DNA of 63,558 nucleotides, filler included, from Reticulomyxa filosa (GCA_000512085.1; 13 parts of 13 records of this genome joined end to end with filler, not necessarily neighbours in it); one strand, 5' to 3'. Positions 1 through 14,500 are shown, counted from the whole stretch's first letter. Notes: generated from the letters alone by a model not told the origin. Numbers and translations are program-made.

Positions 1-352
1 AATTTCTTTTTCAAAATTGTTATATATTCTATTTTAGTCAGAAATATAAAAGAGTTTCAAAAACATTTTTATATTAAATAGATAACAAATCAGCAATTTA
101 CATAGAATGCTTTATTTAAATGCATAAAATAAATTTTTCCATTTGTTTTTTAGTAAAGATTATTTTTTTCTTTTTCTTTGAAAAATGAAAAGTATATTTA
201 TTATTATAAGTTTTATTTTTGGCCCTTTTTTTAATTTGAAAAAAAAAACTATTCATCATTGAGAATGATAATGTTGATATGTGCTCAAATCATGGTTACC
301 ACAGCCGAGATTGGTATGGATTTGTGACATTTACACTACTTTGACATTATCT
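1..352 (+). repeat. Diverged, deleted duplicate of 9963-10318 (upstream region plus AGC-kinase pseudogene piece)
   Basis: Three collinear blocks recur: 1-70 vs 9963-10035; ~218-295 vs ~10079-10155; GCCGAGATTGGTATGG...TTTGACATTATCT at 304-352 vs 10270-10318. Confidence 0.85.
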
Positions 353-3300
353 ACATATACTCAAAACAATCATATGTATATATAATGTCTTGCTTTGTTT
401 TTTTTGCCGTACAATAAAAAAAGGTGCATCAAATAAGAAACAGAATTGGCTCAACAGCGCAAGCCTGCGAGTAGCCGATGTTGCCTGCAAAATTGAAGCA
501 GTGAAATGGGTTAATTTTTATCAAAAACTTTTTTTTAAAATAAACTTTAATATAATCACCACAAAAAAGTTCATATGCTTTCCCCTTTTTTTTTGTGACA
601 GCCCCATAATCCAACGAGGTTGTCGGATGTATTGAAATGGTTCCACTTTTTTGGAGAGCAAATCAATGAATTGGCAATTTCATATTGTGAAGTGCTGGAC
701 AAACTTCGCAAGTCCAAGCCATTGTATCCAAATCGAATGCGAAGAACACCATCAATTTAAATGAAAAAGAGCAATTTGTGATTAAATATTTGGACGCTTT
801 GCAAAGAGGAGAATTGAGGAACAGAGACGATCACAGTCCAGATTGGAACTATCAAGATAACGAAGACATCGACCGCACCAGAATGTAAGAATTGATAAGG
901 CAATACTATCCCAGATGTGTTTTTTGTTTGATTTTCTTTAAGTATTTTCACAACAACAAAATAGCACTCAATTAAAGTCCTTTTTGCAATTTATGTATCT
1001 CCAGTTGGTGCGAGTGTACAATTTTATATACACTCGAAATGCCAATGTGCCCGTTGTGAAAAAGCAAGTCATTACATTGCATCAAATGATATGTCATCAC
1101 TTGCAAAGTCTTCGCAATCAATCGCATGCAATATGTATAGCAAACGCAAAGGCCACGATCCCGAAGACAGTTTGCAGGAGGCAAAAGGCACATAGGAATT
1201 TTTTTTAGTCTAAGAATATAAGTCCACTAATCAATTCATTGTGTTATCAAATCAAATTCCAATTGCAGATTCGGTGAGTAAATACATTTTTTCTTTTTAC
1301 TATTGACAACAACAATGATAATGACTCGTACACGTATACATTATATGTATGCATTTTTTTTTATCAGACCATGTTGCATATGGAATTGACAACGCTAGAA
1401 AATGATCTGAATCAAACAAAAACGGAAATGGATCACTAATTGTCGTTGCTGTCGATGAATTTGAACACAACAATCATGAAGATGCAACATTTTGGCGCAT
1501 ATAAATTATACAATTCTGAAGATAATCTGGAACGAAAAAGAATTTCATTGCAGTATCAATGCATTTACTTGGAAGATCGAGATACATAGAAAGAAAAATT
1601 GTTTTTACTGCTTCAAATTTGTGGAGGATTTGAGTTACGAAAAAGAAAGAAAACAACTTCCTAATTACACATAAATAAATACGTAAAAATGAATGCGTAC
1701 GTACATATTTTCTTTTAAATGCTTTTTTTTTTTTGCGAAGACTAGACTATGAAACAAAAAATACAAGTGGACATAGTACTGACAGAAAACAGTGGCTGTG
1801 CCTTGACATTAGACAACATTTTGAAGATTGTGGCCATATTCTTCAGAATTAAAGCAGGAATTCATGTCTTGATTATGGTAGAAACAGTCAGTCTTTTTTT
1901 AAAAAAAAATGCTGACAAAGCAAAATCAAAAATAAACAACAACAAAAATGAATAAAACAATACACTAAAATATAATGAGTTGGCAAAACCACATAAATTG
2001 ATTTGCACGGGGGTACGGAGTGGAACAGTTGCAACAAGATTTGCAGCAACATCTGAAAAGTGCAGAAGAGTGGTCAGGAAGGATTCACTTGATATTTTTG
2101 AACGAAATCAATACAAGTCCTGACTTGGTGCGTTCAAAGAAGTATTTTGTGATCATATTTTGAAGGGAAGAGAATTTCCGGCAAACGTTGTGATCATATG
2201 TGCATTGAACACTTCCGAAATTACAGAAAACAATGAAAAGAGTCGCAATGTCAACAAATATTACATTAACGACTTGGATAAAGAAATGGGATATATTTGG
2301 CTCGTTGTCCGAGCTTTGAAAAAATAAAATAAAATATGCAAAAAAAAAGGGGACAGTTGCGAGACCGCAGCGTGTGCTCGTTGGTGATATTTGACAAGTG
2401 AGTTGTGGTTTTTCAATACTAGTGAAACTATCAGCGCGTATCAAAGTGTGGTCGAGTCCATCACTGGCACAATGCTACTACTATCGGTTAAATGTCGAGC
2501 AAATGCTCATGTATGGAAACGCCATCCAGCAAAAGTTCGTCGAAAAGTCACATCAACATATCGAATTCGAGCAAACAGTGGAACAAGAGTAGTGGTCTGT
2601 GCAGCTACTTGAAGTATTGAGTGGAAATCCTAAAGGATGTATTCAAAGATGTGTTGATGAGAAACTTTGGCAGAATGACAAAAGAGTAAACCGAATCGTT
2701 CTTGTTACCGAAAATTTCCAAGCACTTGCTAGATGGTGAAGATATTTGGGAAACTTATTCGTATTTGTGGTTGATCGACGACAATATACGGCAGACGAGT
2801 ATGTACAGTCCCCAAGCAAAGGCAAAGCAGTCAATGTTGGCAATAAATACAATGAATATAAACACGACGAACACAATGAACATTATGAATACAACACAAA
2901 TACAAAATACAAGAACGTAAATACGCACATTGACACTGGCACGAACATACACAGAAATAAGAAAGACACGAAAACGATAGCAACGAATACTTAAAGAAAA
3001 ATGAGTCAGTTCAAAGATATACTTATAAAATAGGTTATTAAAAGATAAAACAGTCTAAGCATATTATAAATCAATTAATAATGAAATCGATAATAAAAAT
3101 ACATAAATACAAAGATTAAATACACCTTAGAACATTTAGAAAGTGAATTACTTGAAATAAGAAATATATTTGATATTATTTTGGAAACTATTGGAAACTA
3201 TAAATGTGATACTAATCATTGTATACAATCATTAAATGATAAAAAAATATACAAATTGTTGTATCTCATGTTTATTAGATGCTGCAATTAAACTTTTATT

Positions 3301-3902
3301 CTTTGGTAAAACAACTAAAGACTACAAGTTTGTTGGAAAAAAAAAAACAAAGCAGCTAAACAAACAATTTAATATTTTGATGAGATAAATCTTAAGAAAC
3401 ATCAAATAATAGATTATATTTTCAAATTTTGTTATGCTCGCAATTCTCTCGCACAAAATGGTATTTATTTTTCTTTGTCAATTAAAAAGTCATTCATTTA
3501 GCGTAGTTGTTATCGTTGTCGTGTTAAGCTTTTGGAAAGAGTGATGCTATTGCCATCAAAGAGCGGTTACAAAAAAAACATTAGCAAAGCGATGCAACGG
3601 TTTATTACAATAATAAAGAATATGCGAAGATAACAAATCTCACATTGAGTGGTTTTGTTGTTGTGGTCGATGTAGTAAGAAGTGCCATCTATGTCATAGG
3701 CTTTGTGCCAGCCTGGAGGGAGTGGAGGCTCGGTACCAAGATAAAACTATGTGGTTGTGATCGGCTTGGCTCCTAATGAATTTGTTTTGTCCGAGTCACT
3801 AACGGCAAACTGCGAATCTACATTTTTCTAAACCCCCAAACCAAATCAAACAAGACTGATATTTGTATTGCAATATTTTTGCTTGATTACACATATATAA
3901 AT

Positions 3903-4650
3903 CTATATAGTGGATAATGTATTAACAGCAGCAGTCGGCTTGAGTGGCGATAAGTTATGAGTTTTGATATAGCTCATAAATTGTTGTGGAATTTCCTTCA
4001 AATTTTCTTTGGAAAGTTCCGCGGAGTGTGTCTGTGAATCCAATGACATGGCCATTGGCGCCCTTAAGAGGCTTCGAGTAATCGCGTAACGATACAAATT
4101 CGGCAATGTCACGTTTGGCAGCTTCGCCTTTCAATGCTTCCGTTTGAGTAAAATCGGCCAGTCCAACTCCAACGATAATGATCGACAATGACAAGTACTT
4201 ATTTGCCGCCAATACAATCTTTCAAGTTAAAAACAAAAAAAAAAGTTTACATATGATGTTTCTAACCGCTTTTTTTAAACAAATCAACTAAACAAATCCT
4301 TGGTTTCTTTGAAATCATTGATAACATCACACGCCAAAACTAACAAGGTGAAATATTGAATTTTATTTTTGACGTTGGAATGCACAGCAGAGGCGACGGC
4401 CTTAGACAAAAGCGGTTGGAAAAGGGTCGACCCATACAACTCCACTTGTTTGATCGCCAAAATGTACATTTGTTCAATTCCATAAATGCCATGAACATCC
4501 GAGTTCAATTCGTTGCCGTTTAATGTAAAGTATGTATATACGTATACATTTTATTAAAAAATAATTGTAAATATATTTGTTGTCTACAAGATAAATTTCC
4601 AAAAATTGGTCCGATTTTCCTAGTAAATCATGTGCGCAAAGCTTTTTTCC
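3903..4650 (-). pseudogene. Copine pseudogene (C2 fragment plus vWA/copine C-terminal domain)
   Basis: KKLCAHDLLGKSDQFLEIY (C2 motif D..GKSDPFLE), VELYGSTLFQP, QYFTLLVLACDVINDFKETKD, LSIIIVGVGLADF, RDIAEFV and LKEIPQQFMSY are spread over frameshifted ORFs. Confidence 0.85.
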
Positions 4651-5807
4651 ATCAAAGCCAAGGATATCATCGTTCCACCTGACATGATCGCCCTCTGTCA
4701 AATGGACATGTTCTCTTCTCTTCCAATAGAACAGCTCGCATTGGTTCAAGTTGCGAATGAACGAGCCGACAAGTCCATGGAAGCCTTGCGGTTGTCCAGT
4801 TGTTGTTTGCTGGTGAGCTTGCAGCCACGAGTCATCGGCAATCTTTTTCGTCAACTCTTTGTGCGAATAGACGCGCACTTCTCCCTTCAGCTTGTGACTT
4901 TTCACGCATTGCAAGGTCATTTGAGTCACCACGCCCAATCTGCCCAAGCCCACTCGGACAAACGGAAACAAGTTCGACTGTCGTCGTCTTGTTCGTATGA
5001 CGCCACCTGCTGCGCATTGCAAGGATTGATCATTCGCGATCAATGGTACCATTTGCGTGTTACAAGGGCATAAGTCCAGTCTCATTCCTTGTGCACTCAC
5101 TTGAGTCAAACCGCTCATTTGCTGCGTCATTATCGATGGAATGTTCTCCAACGTCATTCCGTACGGACGTATCGCCTTCAGTACCTGCTGCACCGTACAA
5201 CCACTTTGCACTGTCACTTTCATATTCTTCGCATCGATGTATAACACACTATTCATTTTACAAATTTATCATCCTTTTTTTTGTTGTGGAAAAGAGACAA
5301 TAACAAAAATAAAAATATTATACGCCATTTCGAAATTTTTTTTTCAAAGGTTCAAAAATTTGAATATTCTTTTGTTTTCCAAAAATATCTTTACTTTCTC
5401 CTTTTTCTATCCCTTTTTTTTGTAAAAATAGATACCTTCAGGCCTTATTTCAATTTGTTGTCGTGACAGTATTGTATGATTGCTTTCAGTTCTTCCAAAT
5501 TTTGTGTCTCAAAATGATTATTTGTTTGACCACGACACGTGTTGGTATAATTCATTATCGACGCCATTTTTCGCAGACCCAACATATCCACTGCTTGTTT
5601 GTCTTGTACATCGTATAAGTAGGATTGTCGATATAGATACACATTGTATTCAATCATCATCGCACTAAAAGCAAGAAAGGTATATAGAATGCCCGAACGA
5701 GTGCATTCATTCATTATCATTGTTGTCTGTACTGTTGAAGCTCCTTCTTTCGGTTGTATAGCATGCTTCCCGGAAACAGTGAAAATGCGCTTCAATTTTT
5801 GCATCAA
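4651..5807 (-). pseudogene. L-galactono-1,4-lactone dehydrogenase-like (FAD-linked aldonolactone oxidoreductase), 3'-truncated and degenerate
   Basis: NYTNT..QNLEELKAIIQYCHDNKLK; VTVQSGCTVQQVLKAIRPYGMTLENIPSI..QQMSGLTQVSAQG; RVGLGRLGVVTQMTLQCV; RWNDDILGFD. These follow the GLDH motif order with degenerate residues and internal deletions. Confidence 0.8.
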
Positions 5808-6499
5808 TAATATTTTTTTCTTTTTTATTTCAAAAAAAATTTAGAAAAAAACCCCATCCGTAGTCATTTTAAGCTCACTTCTTCTTTTTTCTTCCTTGCT
5901 ATCATATCAGTCTCATGAATCTGCTAATCAAAAAAACAAATATATTTTGATTTAAGAAAGTTTACATTTTTGAAATTTTTTTGTACAAAGCAATAGTTTT
6001 GGAAAATTTATTTTCATGAAGAAAACAAGATTTGTTTTTTTGACAGAACTAATAGTTTGTTATTTACTTGAGGAAACAGACTTTTAAATACAAGGAAAGA
6101 GTCTTAGACAAAGAGCTAGAAAAAGTTTGTGTTCAATCTTTTTTTTGTACTCCTTTGTTGATCACAAATTATATCAGAAAAGACATTTCATATAACAAAA
6201 TGAATTCGAATCTTAAAGGTTTGTTTTTTTTGTTGAATGTATAAGTTATTCGTAAAAAATAAACGGAAAGATGTAGTGTATAAATCTTGGTTAGACGAGT
6301 TAAAACAAAAATAGACAGATCAAGTAGAACAAGTGCTGCTCAAATTCAACACTCATATGATTGCAAGACAAAAAAAACGAAGCAACATGTTGACACAACG
6401 AACAAAGGAAAGCTCTATTCCAGCTTTTCATCATTTCCAGATGACCCAAAGAAAAGCATATTTTTGGCTTCACATGGCTCACCAAAAAGAATATTTGCA

Positions 6500-6999
6500 G
6501 TTGAGTACTAATACGGACGACACGTTGGGAGTAAAGGCCCTGTTTGGGGGTATGCTTGGTGTACGTTTGCTATGTTTTGGGAGGGGGGGGCTATGCATAC
6601 GTAAATGAAAGAAATATTGTGATGCTATTGGATGATCAATTTGAAGTACTGAACACAATCGAATTGGAAGAAAAAATAAGTAACATCAGTGGATATGATA
6701 ATGAGTTATTAGTGGTGAACTTATATCGAGTGTTTGGCCATGAAATACGTCTGGAATGTGTAGTGCGAGAAAGAGAAGTGAGAGGAGGTCGTTATTTCAA
6801 TAAGGGCAATGGCGTGGTACTTGCGAAGTCGAATGAAATAATAGTGAAAGACCTGATCGATAAATATCACGAAGATCTGAATGGAACAGTCAAGGACAAT
6901 CGCATCGGAATGGGAACATACACACACTCAAAGTATGCAAGCTATTACAACAATATGAACAGCAAGCAAGCGTGCATGAAAATAACAGAATTGAAATGA
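6500..6999 (+). pseudogene. Possible WIPI/Atg18-like beta-propeller fragment
   Basis: VLGGGG..NIVMLLDDQ..IELEEKI resembles the WIPI3/4 segment LVGGG..NKVMIWDD..IEF. The similarity is weak. Confidence 0.3.
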
Positions 7000-9900
7000 T
7001 TGAATCAAAGCGACATCATCCCTTTGGTTGATTGCAATTATCGACTCGTTCCAGCATTGCACGTGTTGAAGTTGAAAGCAGGATGGCCCGATCCCTCCTA
7101 TCTTTACAATGATGTCCACATCCACAATCGGAATAGTGAGGCAACGAACGTCCCTATTTGGAGAAGGCAATCTTCTATGCTCATGTCAAGGATGCATGAA
7201 ATTTAAAAAGTGAGTCCATATGACAGCTATGATGATTGTGTTGACAATAGTGATAATAATAATAACGACACTTTGGAAAAAAACATCTCAATTATTTTAT
7301 TTCGATTCATCGAAACATTAAAGAAGACCAGATACGTAGGTTTTTGCATATTGTTGAACGTAATCCGCAACATCTTTTCATTCAACAGTTGTTTGCAATG
7401 GACGACTGGATGGACCGTTGTGGTTGATGACGCTGGACAAGCTGGAGAACGTCGGTGTGCACTTTCTGTCGAACTTGGTGTCGTCAAACTGCAGCAAGTC
7501 GGCGATGATCGAGTTTGTGCAAATTGAGCACTGGATAATGAATAGTCTGAGTCACACGGTGAATTCGCGAGGCTTGGGTTTTTCTTCGACTACAAAACCG
7601 GGGTTTGTCTACCAATAGCTCCCTGTTCTCGCCTGTATTATCTTCGGTGTGTATCGAGCAGTATGCGTTCTTCAACTGTGGAGTACTGGCCAATTTCACT
7701 ATCGACATGAACACACCGTACATTGTCTGTAATCGATCACATTGTTACATTTCAAAAACACTGATTCTTGCAATCCCATTGTTTGCAGCACAATGTCAGA
7801 TTGGCTGTTTGGCCATATTCGATTATGAACGAATATTGGATTTGCAAACATGTAATGACCACACTCAATTTGTATATTCTCTTTCTTCTTCTTATTCCTC
7901 TTCGTCGTTTTCTTTGCATCTTCACCAATGAAAATCACACAAGCAACCACCTCCTCGTGCATGTTCCATTAGCTTGCACATGTATCGTCCCGTCGATTGT
8001 GGTTTCAGCTCTAAGCGTCTCTTTTGATGTTGGAACCAGACAAACATATTTGCGTCATGTTTTTCACTTTGTATGATTAGAAGAAACAATACAACAAAGA
8101 CAAAGATAAAGACAAACAATGTAATATTATCATCATTATTTAAGAAAGTAGTTGGTTTGGATTTGCACTGGATATCAACTCACTGGTGAAAGATTGAAAA
8201 CGACCACTACACGTCGAAGCAGCTGCATTTGACGCAGCAATATTACATGGTCTGATCTATAGCACGTCACAGTCTCCTGAAAAAGGCGACGCGTGCAAAT
8301 ACATTTCATATCTCATTGGAAAGCTCAAATTGACACCAACAACGACTCCGCCTGTCGTTGTGAGGAGCACCAAGTGGACGCGCTGCTATATCGATCATTA
8401 TCCAAATCAACAACAGTTATTATGACAAAGAATGGCATTGCAGACATATTGTCATTAGTCGTTTCCGAACGACTAATCTTTTATCTATACATAAAAATAA
8501 AAGTATATACATTGCTAAGTGAAAAAGAAATAGAAGAAAAAAGTAATTTAAATTCAAAGATTTACCTAAGATTTTTATTATCAACTACTGTTGTAAAGAA
8601 AATACTACTGTTTTGTATAGTAATAAAAATGTAAATTTTTAATTATTCATTCGATTACAAATATAGATATGTTGATGGTTTGTCATTGTTTAGTAAAATC
8701 ACGAGTATGTCAAAGAACATGCTATATGATATTAAAACAAGTATCAATATCAAAAGTAGCAAACGATATTATTTGGGAAGTCAAGTTTTAGTTATGATGT
8801 ATCCACGTGTTAAAGAATTGACAGTAATCATGTTCAGATTTGTAATCTTAAATGCAATTGAATGTGGATTTATTGAATGAACCTTTGTAAGTGCAAAATT
8901 GAATAATTATATCACTTGAAAATGATTGAATAATCTCTATTTAAATATTTTAATATGCCAAATATGATTGTTATCATCAAGGTCATTATACCATTGATAT
9001 AGACATTGAATTTCAATGATGATTTTTTGATCATAAAAATAAATACAAATACATGAATATCAATTTAATATCATGAATACATTTGATTGTGATTTTTTCA
9101 TGTTTGTATTATCCTACATAAGTTTCATGTTCTTTAGATATTTTCTTTCCTAATTGTGCTAAATGCTTCTTGAAATTGTTTCATTTGAGGTAGAGACTAG
9201 TATAAGTTTAAATTTGATTAATCTTCCCCTCTTTTATAAACAAAAATATATAACAAATTGACATCTTATGGATTATAAATTAGAAAAAAGAAAGTAATTA
9301 GCCGTCCAATTCCGTCATTAAATTAAAAATAATAATTTTATGTTGGTATAAGTGCAACTGTAGTGGCAATTGTGCACGCGTGCGTCGGAGGAGTTTTTTT
9401 TGTCATCACTTTGTATTAGTAAAGCATTTCTGTCATATACAGTGAAGTCGCATCTATCTGCATTGTCTCCTCCTAACAATTTACTTCCTGAAATTCGCAT
9501 GGTGTTGCTAATGCTTTGTTGTCTTCACTCACCAAAGATTCAGTTTTCTTGTTACCTTGGTTCGCACACATTGTCGGTTTGCTGCTCAGCTTGGTAACGT
9601 CACCGAGTTCCCGTTCTGTCATTTGTGGCATGGAAAAATTCATTTCTTTTGTTCTATTTACATATGTTCTTGAAGCAGCACAAAATGCAGCTAAAGAGAG
9701 ATAGTTTGAATAATTTGATCATTTTTGATTGAACTAAAGGCAATACATTTCCTCCGCTAACTAACATATATACTTGAGCATTTCTCTTTAATTTACAGTT
9801 ATTTAAAAGAATTATCAAGTACGCATTATATCCTTACAAGTTGAATGCTATGATAAAAATAACTGTCGTAAATATTGATAATTTACTCCTTTGTAAAAAG

Positions 9901-10149
9901 ACGTTAGAATCAAAATTTTATAATGCAATTACAAAATAAGATACAAAAATAAATGATATTTGAATTTCTCTTTTTCAAAATTGTTATACATTCTATTTTA
10001 TTCAGAAATATAAAAGATTTTCAAAAATATTTTTGAAAAATATCTTTTATTTATAATATTTTGTCGTTGTCTTTTGTTTTTGGCCCTTTTTTTTAATATG
10101 AAAAAAAAACTATTCATCATTATAATGATAATGTTGCTATGTACTCAAA

Positions 10150-10790
10150 TCATGGCATTTCAGCCAGATTCAAAGTTGTACTTTGTTTTGGACCTACAGA
10201 TGTGGGGACATCTTCTTCCATTTGAAGACTATGAAACGCTTTCTTTTGGGACAAGTCCAGCTCTTAGTCGCCGAGATTGGTATGGCTTTGGGACATTTAC
10301 ACGTATTTGACATTATCTGCAGAGACTTAAAACCAGAAAATATTTTATTGGATCAATCCGGTTATGCGTGTTTGACCAATTTCGGCTTGTCCAAGGGATT
10401 GACCGATGGAGAAAAAGCAATAGTTTGTTTTCCTTTGACACTATATTTTCTGTTCTATCGCTTTGTTTTGATTTTTTCCAGAATTATTCTTTATCTTGTT
10501 TCTTATTTATTTTCAGATGTTTGATGGGATCACACAGTACTTGTGTTATTTCAATCTCTTGCTATCTTTGTGCAACACTTTTGAAACAATAAACGAACAT
10601 TAGTTTTTATATGTATTAGTTGATTGCTCCGGAAACTGTAAAAAAATGAGGACAAAGCAAACAGGCTGACTGGTGTCGGAGTCCTTCTATTTTTTCGCAA
10701 AATGTTCATGAATGTATATCAAGATCCAGGAGGCTCCTTTATTGTTACTTCCTAATTTGGCTAAGAAATGCAAAGATGTCATTTCTAAGG
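10150..10790 (+). pseudogene. AGC-family Ser/Thr kinase pseudogene (PKB/S6K/SGK-like)
   Basis: [62 protein letters not shown] (DFG mutated to NFG). The downstream APE and DW remnants contain stops and frameshifts. Confidence 0.85.
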
Positions 10791-12959
10791 TTTGCTTTTG
10801 CCTTACTATATCATTTTTCTACAAATGTATACCATACCAAATTGGAGTGATTAAATATGTGTTGATAGTTGCTTGTGATAGACCTAAGTAGGCTGAGTAA
10901 TGTGTAAGTTTATATTGTACTGCTCGTGATTGAGACACAGACTATGTCCAACTACTCATTGGGATGATAGAATTTGGGACGATTTACAATATGGACTAGA
11001 TTTTGTTATACTTTTGTGCGGACAGTTTCGCGACGAAGGTATCTAGCAGGAGTTGTATCTGAATATCAATACGTACATGCTGCTGCGTGCCTTTCAATGG
11101 CATTGCCATTGTATCGCGAGGCGATGACAAATTGGTAGATACGTTGTACATATACTCCAAATTCAATCCAGAGCCAAGTCCAGTTTAGTGTTGACGCTAT
11201 CATGCTTATCAAAGCTATTGCCACGCAAAGTATTTGCACATTTATTGATAACGCGCAAAGCAAAAAGAGACGATGCAAATATTCGACGTCTGCGCTGGCA
11301 TTTGTGGCCATCCAAGGCATTGCAAACGCCAACGAGAGCGCCGAGACGACATCAATGTACACTTAGAGTCATTATAAAGTCTGTTACAGCGACGACGCTG
11401 ACAAGTCGCAAAGCAATGAAATACAAAGCTATTGTACATGTGTTCCTATAGTGTATAACAACAATTTTGGTTTGTATTAAGTCCGAGACTGTTTAAAGAA
11501 TGCTCAATCAAAGTAATTGACATTGCGTGCAGTACATCGCAATGCAGTCGTTTGGTAGCATCTTATGCGGCGATATAAACTCGTGATATCTCAAAAAAGT
11601 GTTTAAAACGAAGCAAGGTCAGCGAAGTAGCATTCTTTTTCATCTGCGTTGTGGAATCAGGATATCGGCAGCAGTTGAAACATTTGGCATGCTTGGAGCG
11701 TGTTTGTGGAAGTTGAAATGAAATGGCTTCAACAGTTTTCAAAAAACCAGACTTTGCAATTGCAATGAACTGGACAGACGACGTTGTCTTCACATCCACC
11801 ACATTGCTGTCTTTGTATATACTATTGATCAATCACTTGTGTCATGGCTGTGGACACTTGAGCTACAAGTTGTCAAAAGATAACCTTTGTTCGCTTGCTA
11901 AGAATACAACAGACTATTCATTATGGTGGACGTATCCCGCGGATTTGCAATGTCGCGAAAACAGCCTTTTAAGGAATGAACGCTTTGTATCAATTGTATT
12001 TACTGTTTCGCGAAATGGTAGACTAGAACCCTAATATAGCGACAACAAAGGGGTATCTCTGTTGGGATTGGTAGTGGAACACAATATTGCAAATGAACAT
12101 CACGTAAATGACTAGGACAGTCCATTTGTGGTCACCGCAATTGTGAAAGAGTCCACTGCTTGTTTAAACATCTTTGCAAATGCAATCGATCATTCAGTGT
12201 CGCAGTTTGGGCTTTGGAATGGTGGCTCTGTGTCACTGTCCTTAATCAAACCATTGAGATTTCATTTGCTCAGACCATTGATGTCAACAAAGTTATATCG
12301 TTTCAACTGTTCTAACATCCATTTGAACAGTGCTTTCTCGGTCCAGTCTCGACAGGCTGGCTTTCATAGATTTGTATTTGCCTCTTCACGTTCACAACAA
12401 CAGCGACAACCCAAACCAAGGTTGTTCATATCTCCGACTCTAAAAATTCTTCAACATAGCGTTATGCTGTCGATCGTTTCGATCGTGGGTTCCGTGTCTC
12501 TTATCACCTCTTCAGCCAATATGTTTTCTTTTCTTGTATAAATCATTTTCTATGATCTTTTTTTAGCAATTAGGTCCAATTTACATCCAAAAAAAAGGAA
12601 AATATACAAATATAAATGAACATTACTCAATTGACAGATAATGTCATTGAATCGAGTGCAATGAGCTCTTTTTTACTGGTTAATTTGAAATATTGAGTTC
12701 AGCAAATCTTTTTCGGAAGAAGAGACAAACAACTTATTTTTAATATTTCAACTATACATACTTATACACACATTTTTTTATATATGCTGTGATGAGGACA
12801 AAACATACTAATAACATTGTCCTCAAATGAACTTGGATACCGAAGATCTGAGGTGCAAATTTTCTGAAATAGCATTGTAGTGTTCGCTAGTCAAATGGCA
12901 AGTCTAAGTTTTTTTTTTGAAAAAAAAAAATAGGGTGATATTAAAAAAAACAGCGACAA

Positions 12960-13882
12960 GTGGAGCAAAACATCCAGCCAAAAGAGTATACAAAATGACC
13001 CCCCACACAACCAAATCCTTTTCCATTTAATATCTCAGGGGCCACGTAATTGGGGATCCCACCGTGGTCCGGAACACTTCTCCTTCTCTTGAATACAACA
13101 TGATAGTCCAAAAGTCGGATACCTTCAATATTCCATTTGCATCCAGCAGCAAGTTTTCCAGCTTTTCTCCCACCCGCCAAGATTTGTTCAATCAATACAA
13201 AGTTCATAACATACAGCTCTAATCTTTTACACACCAATGCTTGTATATAAGTATACATATACATTGTATATAACATACAGTGGATATATTTATTACACTT
13301 TTTAACAAACCATATACCTTCAAATCTCTGTGACATATTTTATGCATATGCATAAATTGAACACCGTTTATCAGTTGCTGGAAATACATTCTTACCACGT
13401 CTATATTTTGCTTAACATTTTGTTCTATTTTATTGTTTTTTTCGACCAATAAAAAAAAACTCCACTTTTTTTGTATATCGTAAAAAAAAAAAATTTGATT
13501 AAATGGAATTGAACACACATAGTTGTATTTGTACTTATTTTGTTGAACAATTCTCCACATTCGACCAATTCCAACAAATATATAACATTTGTTTGCTCTC
13601 CAACACTTCTAGCAAACGAACCAAGTGTCTGTGATGAGGTAGCATCTTCAATGCATTCACTTCTGTGCAAACTGTACTGATAAGATTGCGTTTCTTGATT
13701 TCCTCTTTTTACTTATCACTTTTATCGCCATTTTTTGCTTCTTTCACTCTTCAATATATGAATACATTATTTTTTTTTGTTTAAAAAAAGACAGTACCAT
13801 ACAGAAGCACGTAAAAAAAATAACGACAAACTTTCCAAAGGATCAATTACCCAAATCTACTTTGACCAAGTCATAGTCTATG
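12960..13882 (-). pseudogene. CAMK/AMPK-like Ser/Thr kinase pseudogene with introns
   Basis: IYLLELVECGELFNKI, RMYFQQLINGVQFMHMHKICHRDLK and GIPNYVAPEILNGKGF lie in different frames. The Gly-loop is degenerate (LGN*SFGK). Confidence 0.8.
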
Positions 13883-13904
13883 CGACTAGTTTGTAGATCT
13901 CATT

Positions 13905-14500
13905 CGTAAACTCCACATGTGTCACTTCGGAAATGTGTACGTGCGCTACGGAATAACCAAAGAACATAGCATTGCGAATGACCATTCTGGCCATTGCATC
14001 GGCTATATGAGTGAACTTATATCTCGTACAACAATCGCCAACGGCGTATTGGAAGTTTGCAAATAGTCATTTACTTCAATTCCTCTATAAACATCGAATT
14101 TAACACCCGCCTTTTCCAATCACATATTTTCAACATTGGGCTTTCTCACTGTCGTGATCAGCACTTCGTCGACGATGAATTTTTTCATTTTTTTTTTTGC
14201 ACGTTCAACGACAATTTTAATGCCACCCGCCTTTCATTTGGTCGGATCGACGTATATGACACCCCAAGCATAAAATGGACACCACACGATTCCGTCGATT
14301 CACCTACCACTTGAGCAGCATATTCAGTCTCTTCGATTGAGAACAATCACGTGCGAACCAAACAGTGCAAACTATTGGACAATTTCGCAGCCAATCGGCC
14401 CGGATTCGATCACTACCATTTTGGCTGGCAACTCCATCAAATTCCACAATAAATGATTTGTCAAATATTCTATGGTGTCCAATCCTCAAAAATATTCAAT
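13905..14500 (-). pseudogene. Class I pyridine nucleotide-disulphide oxidoreductase pseudogene (mercuric-reductase/LpdA-like)
   Basis: Manual translation gives VVIESGPIGCEIVQ*FALFGSHV, RKPNVENM*LEKAGV..GIEVNDYLQTSN, YAVGDCCTRYKFTHIADAMARMVIRNAMFFG and VIP*RTYTFPEVTHV. Confidence 0.8.
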
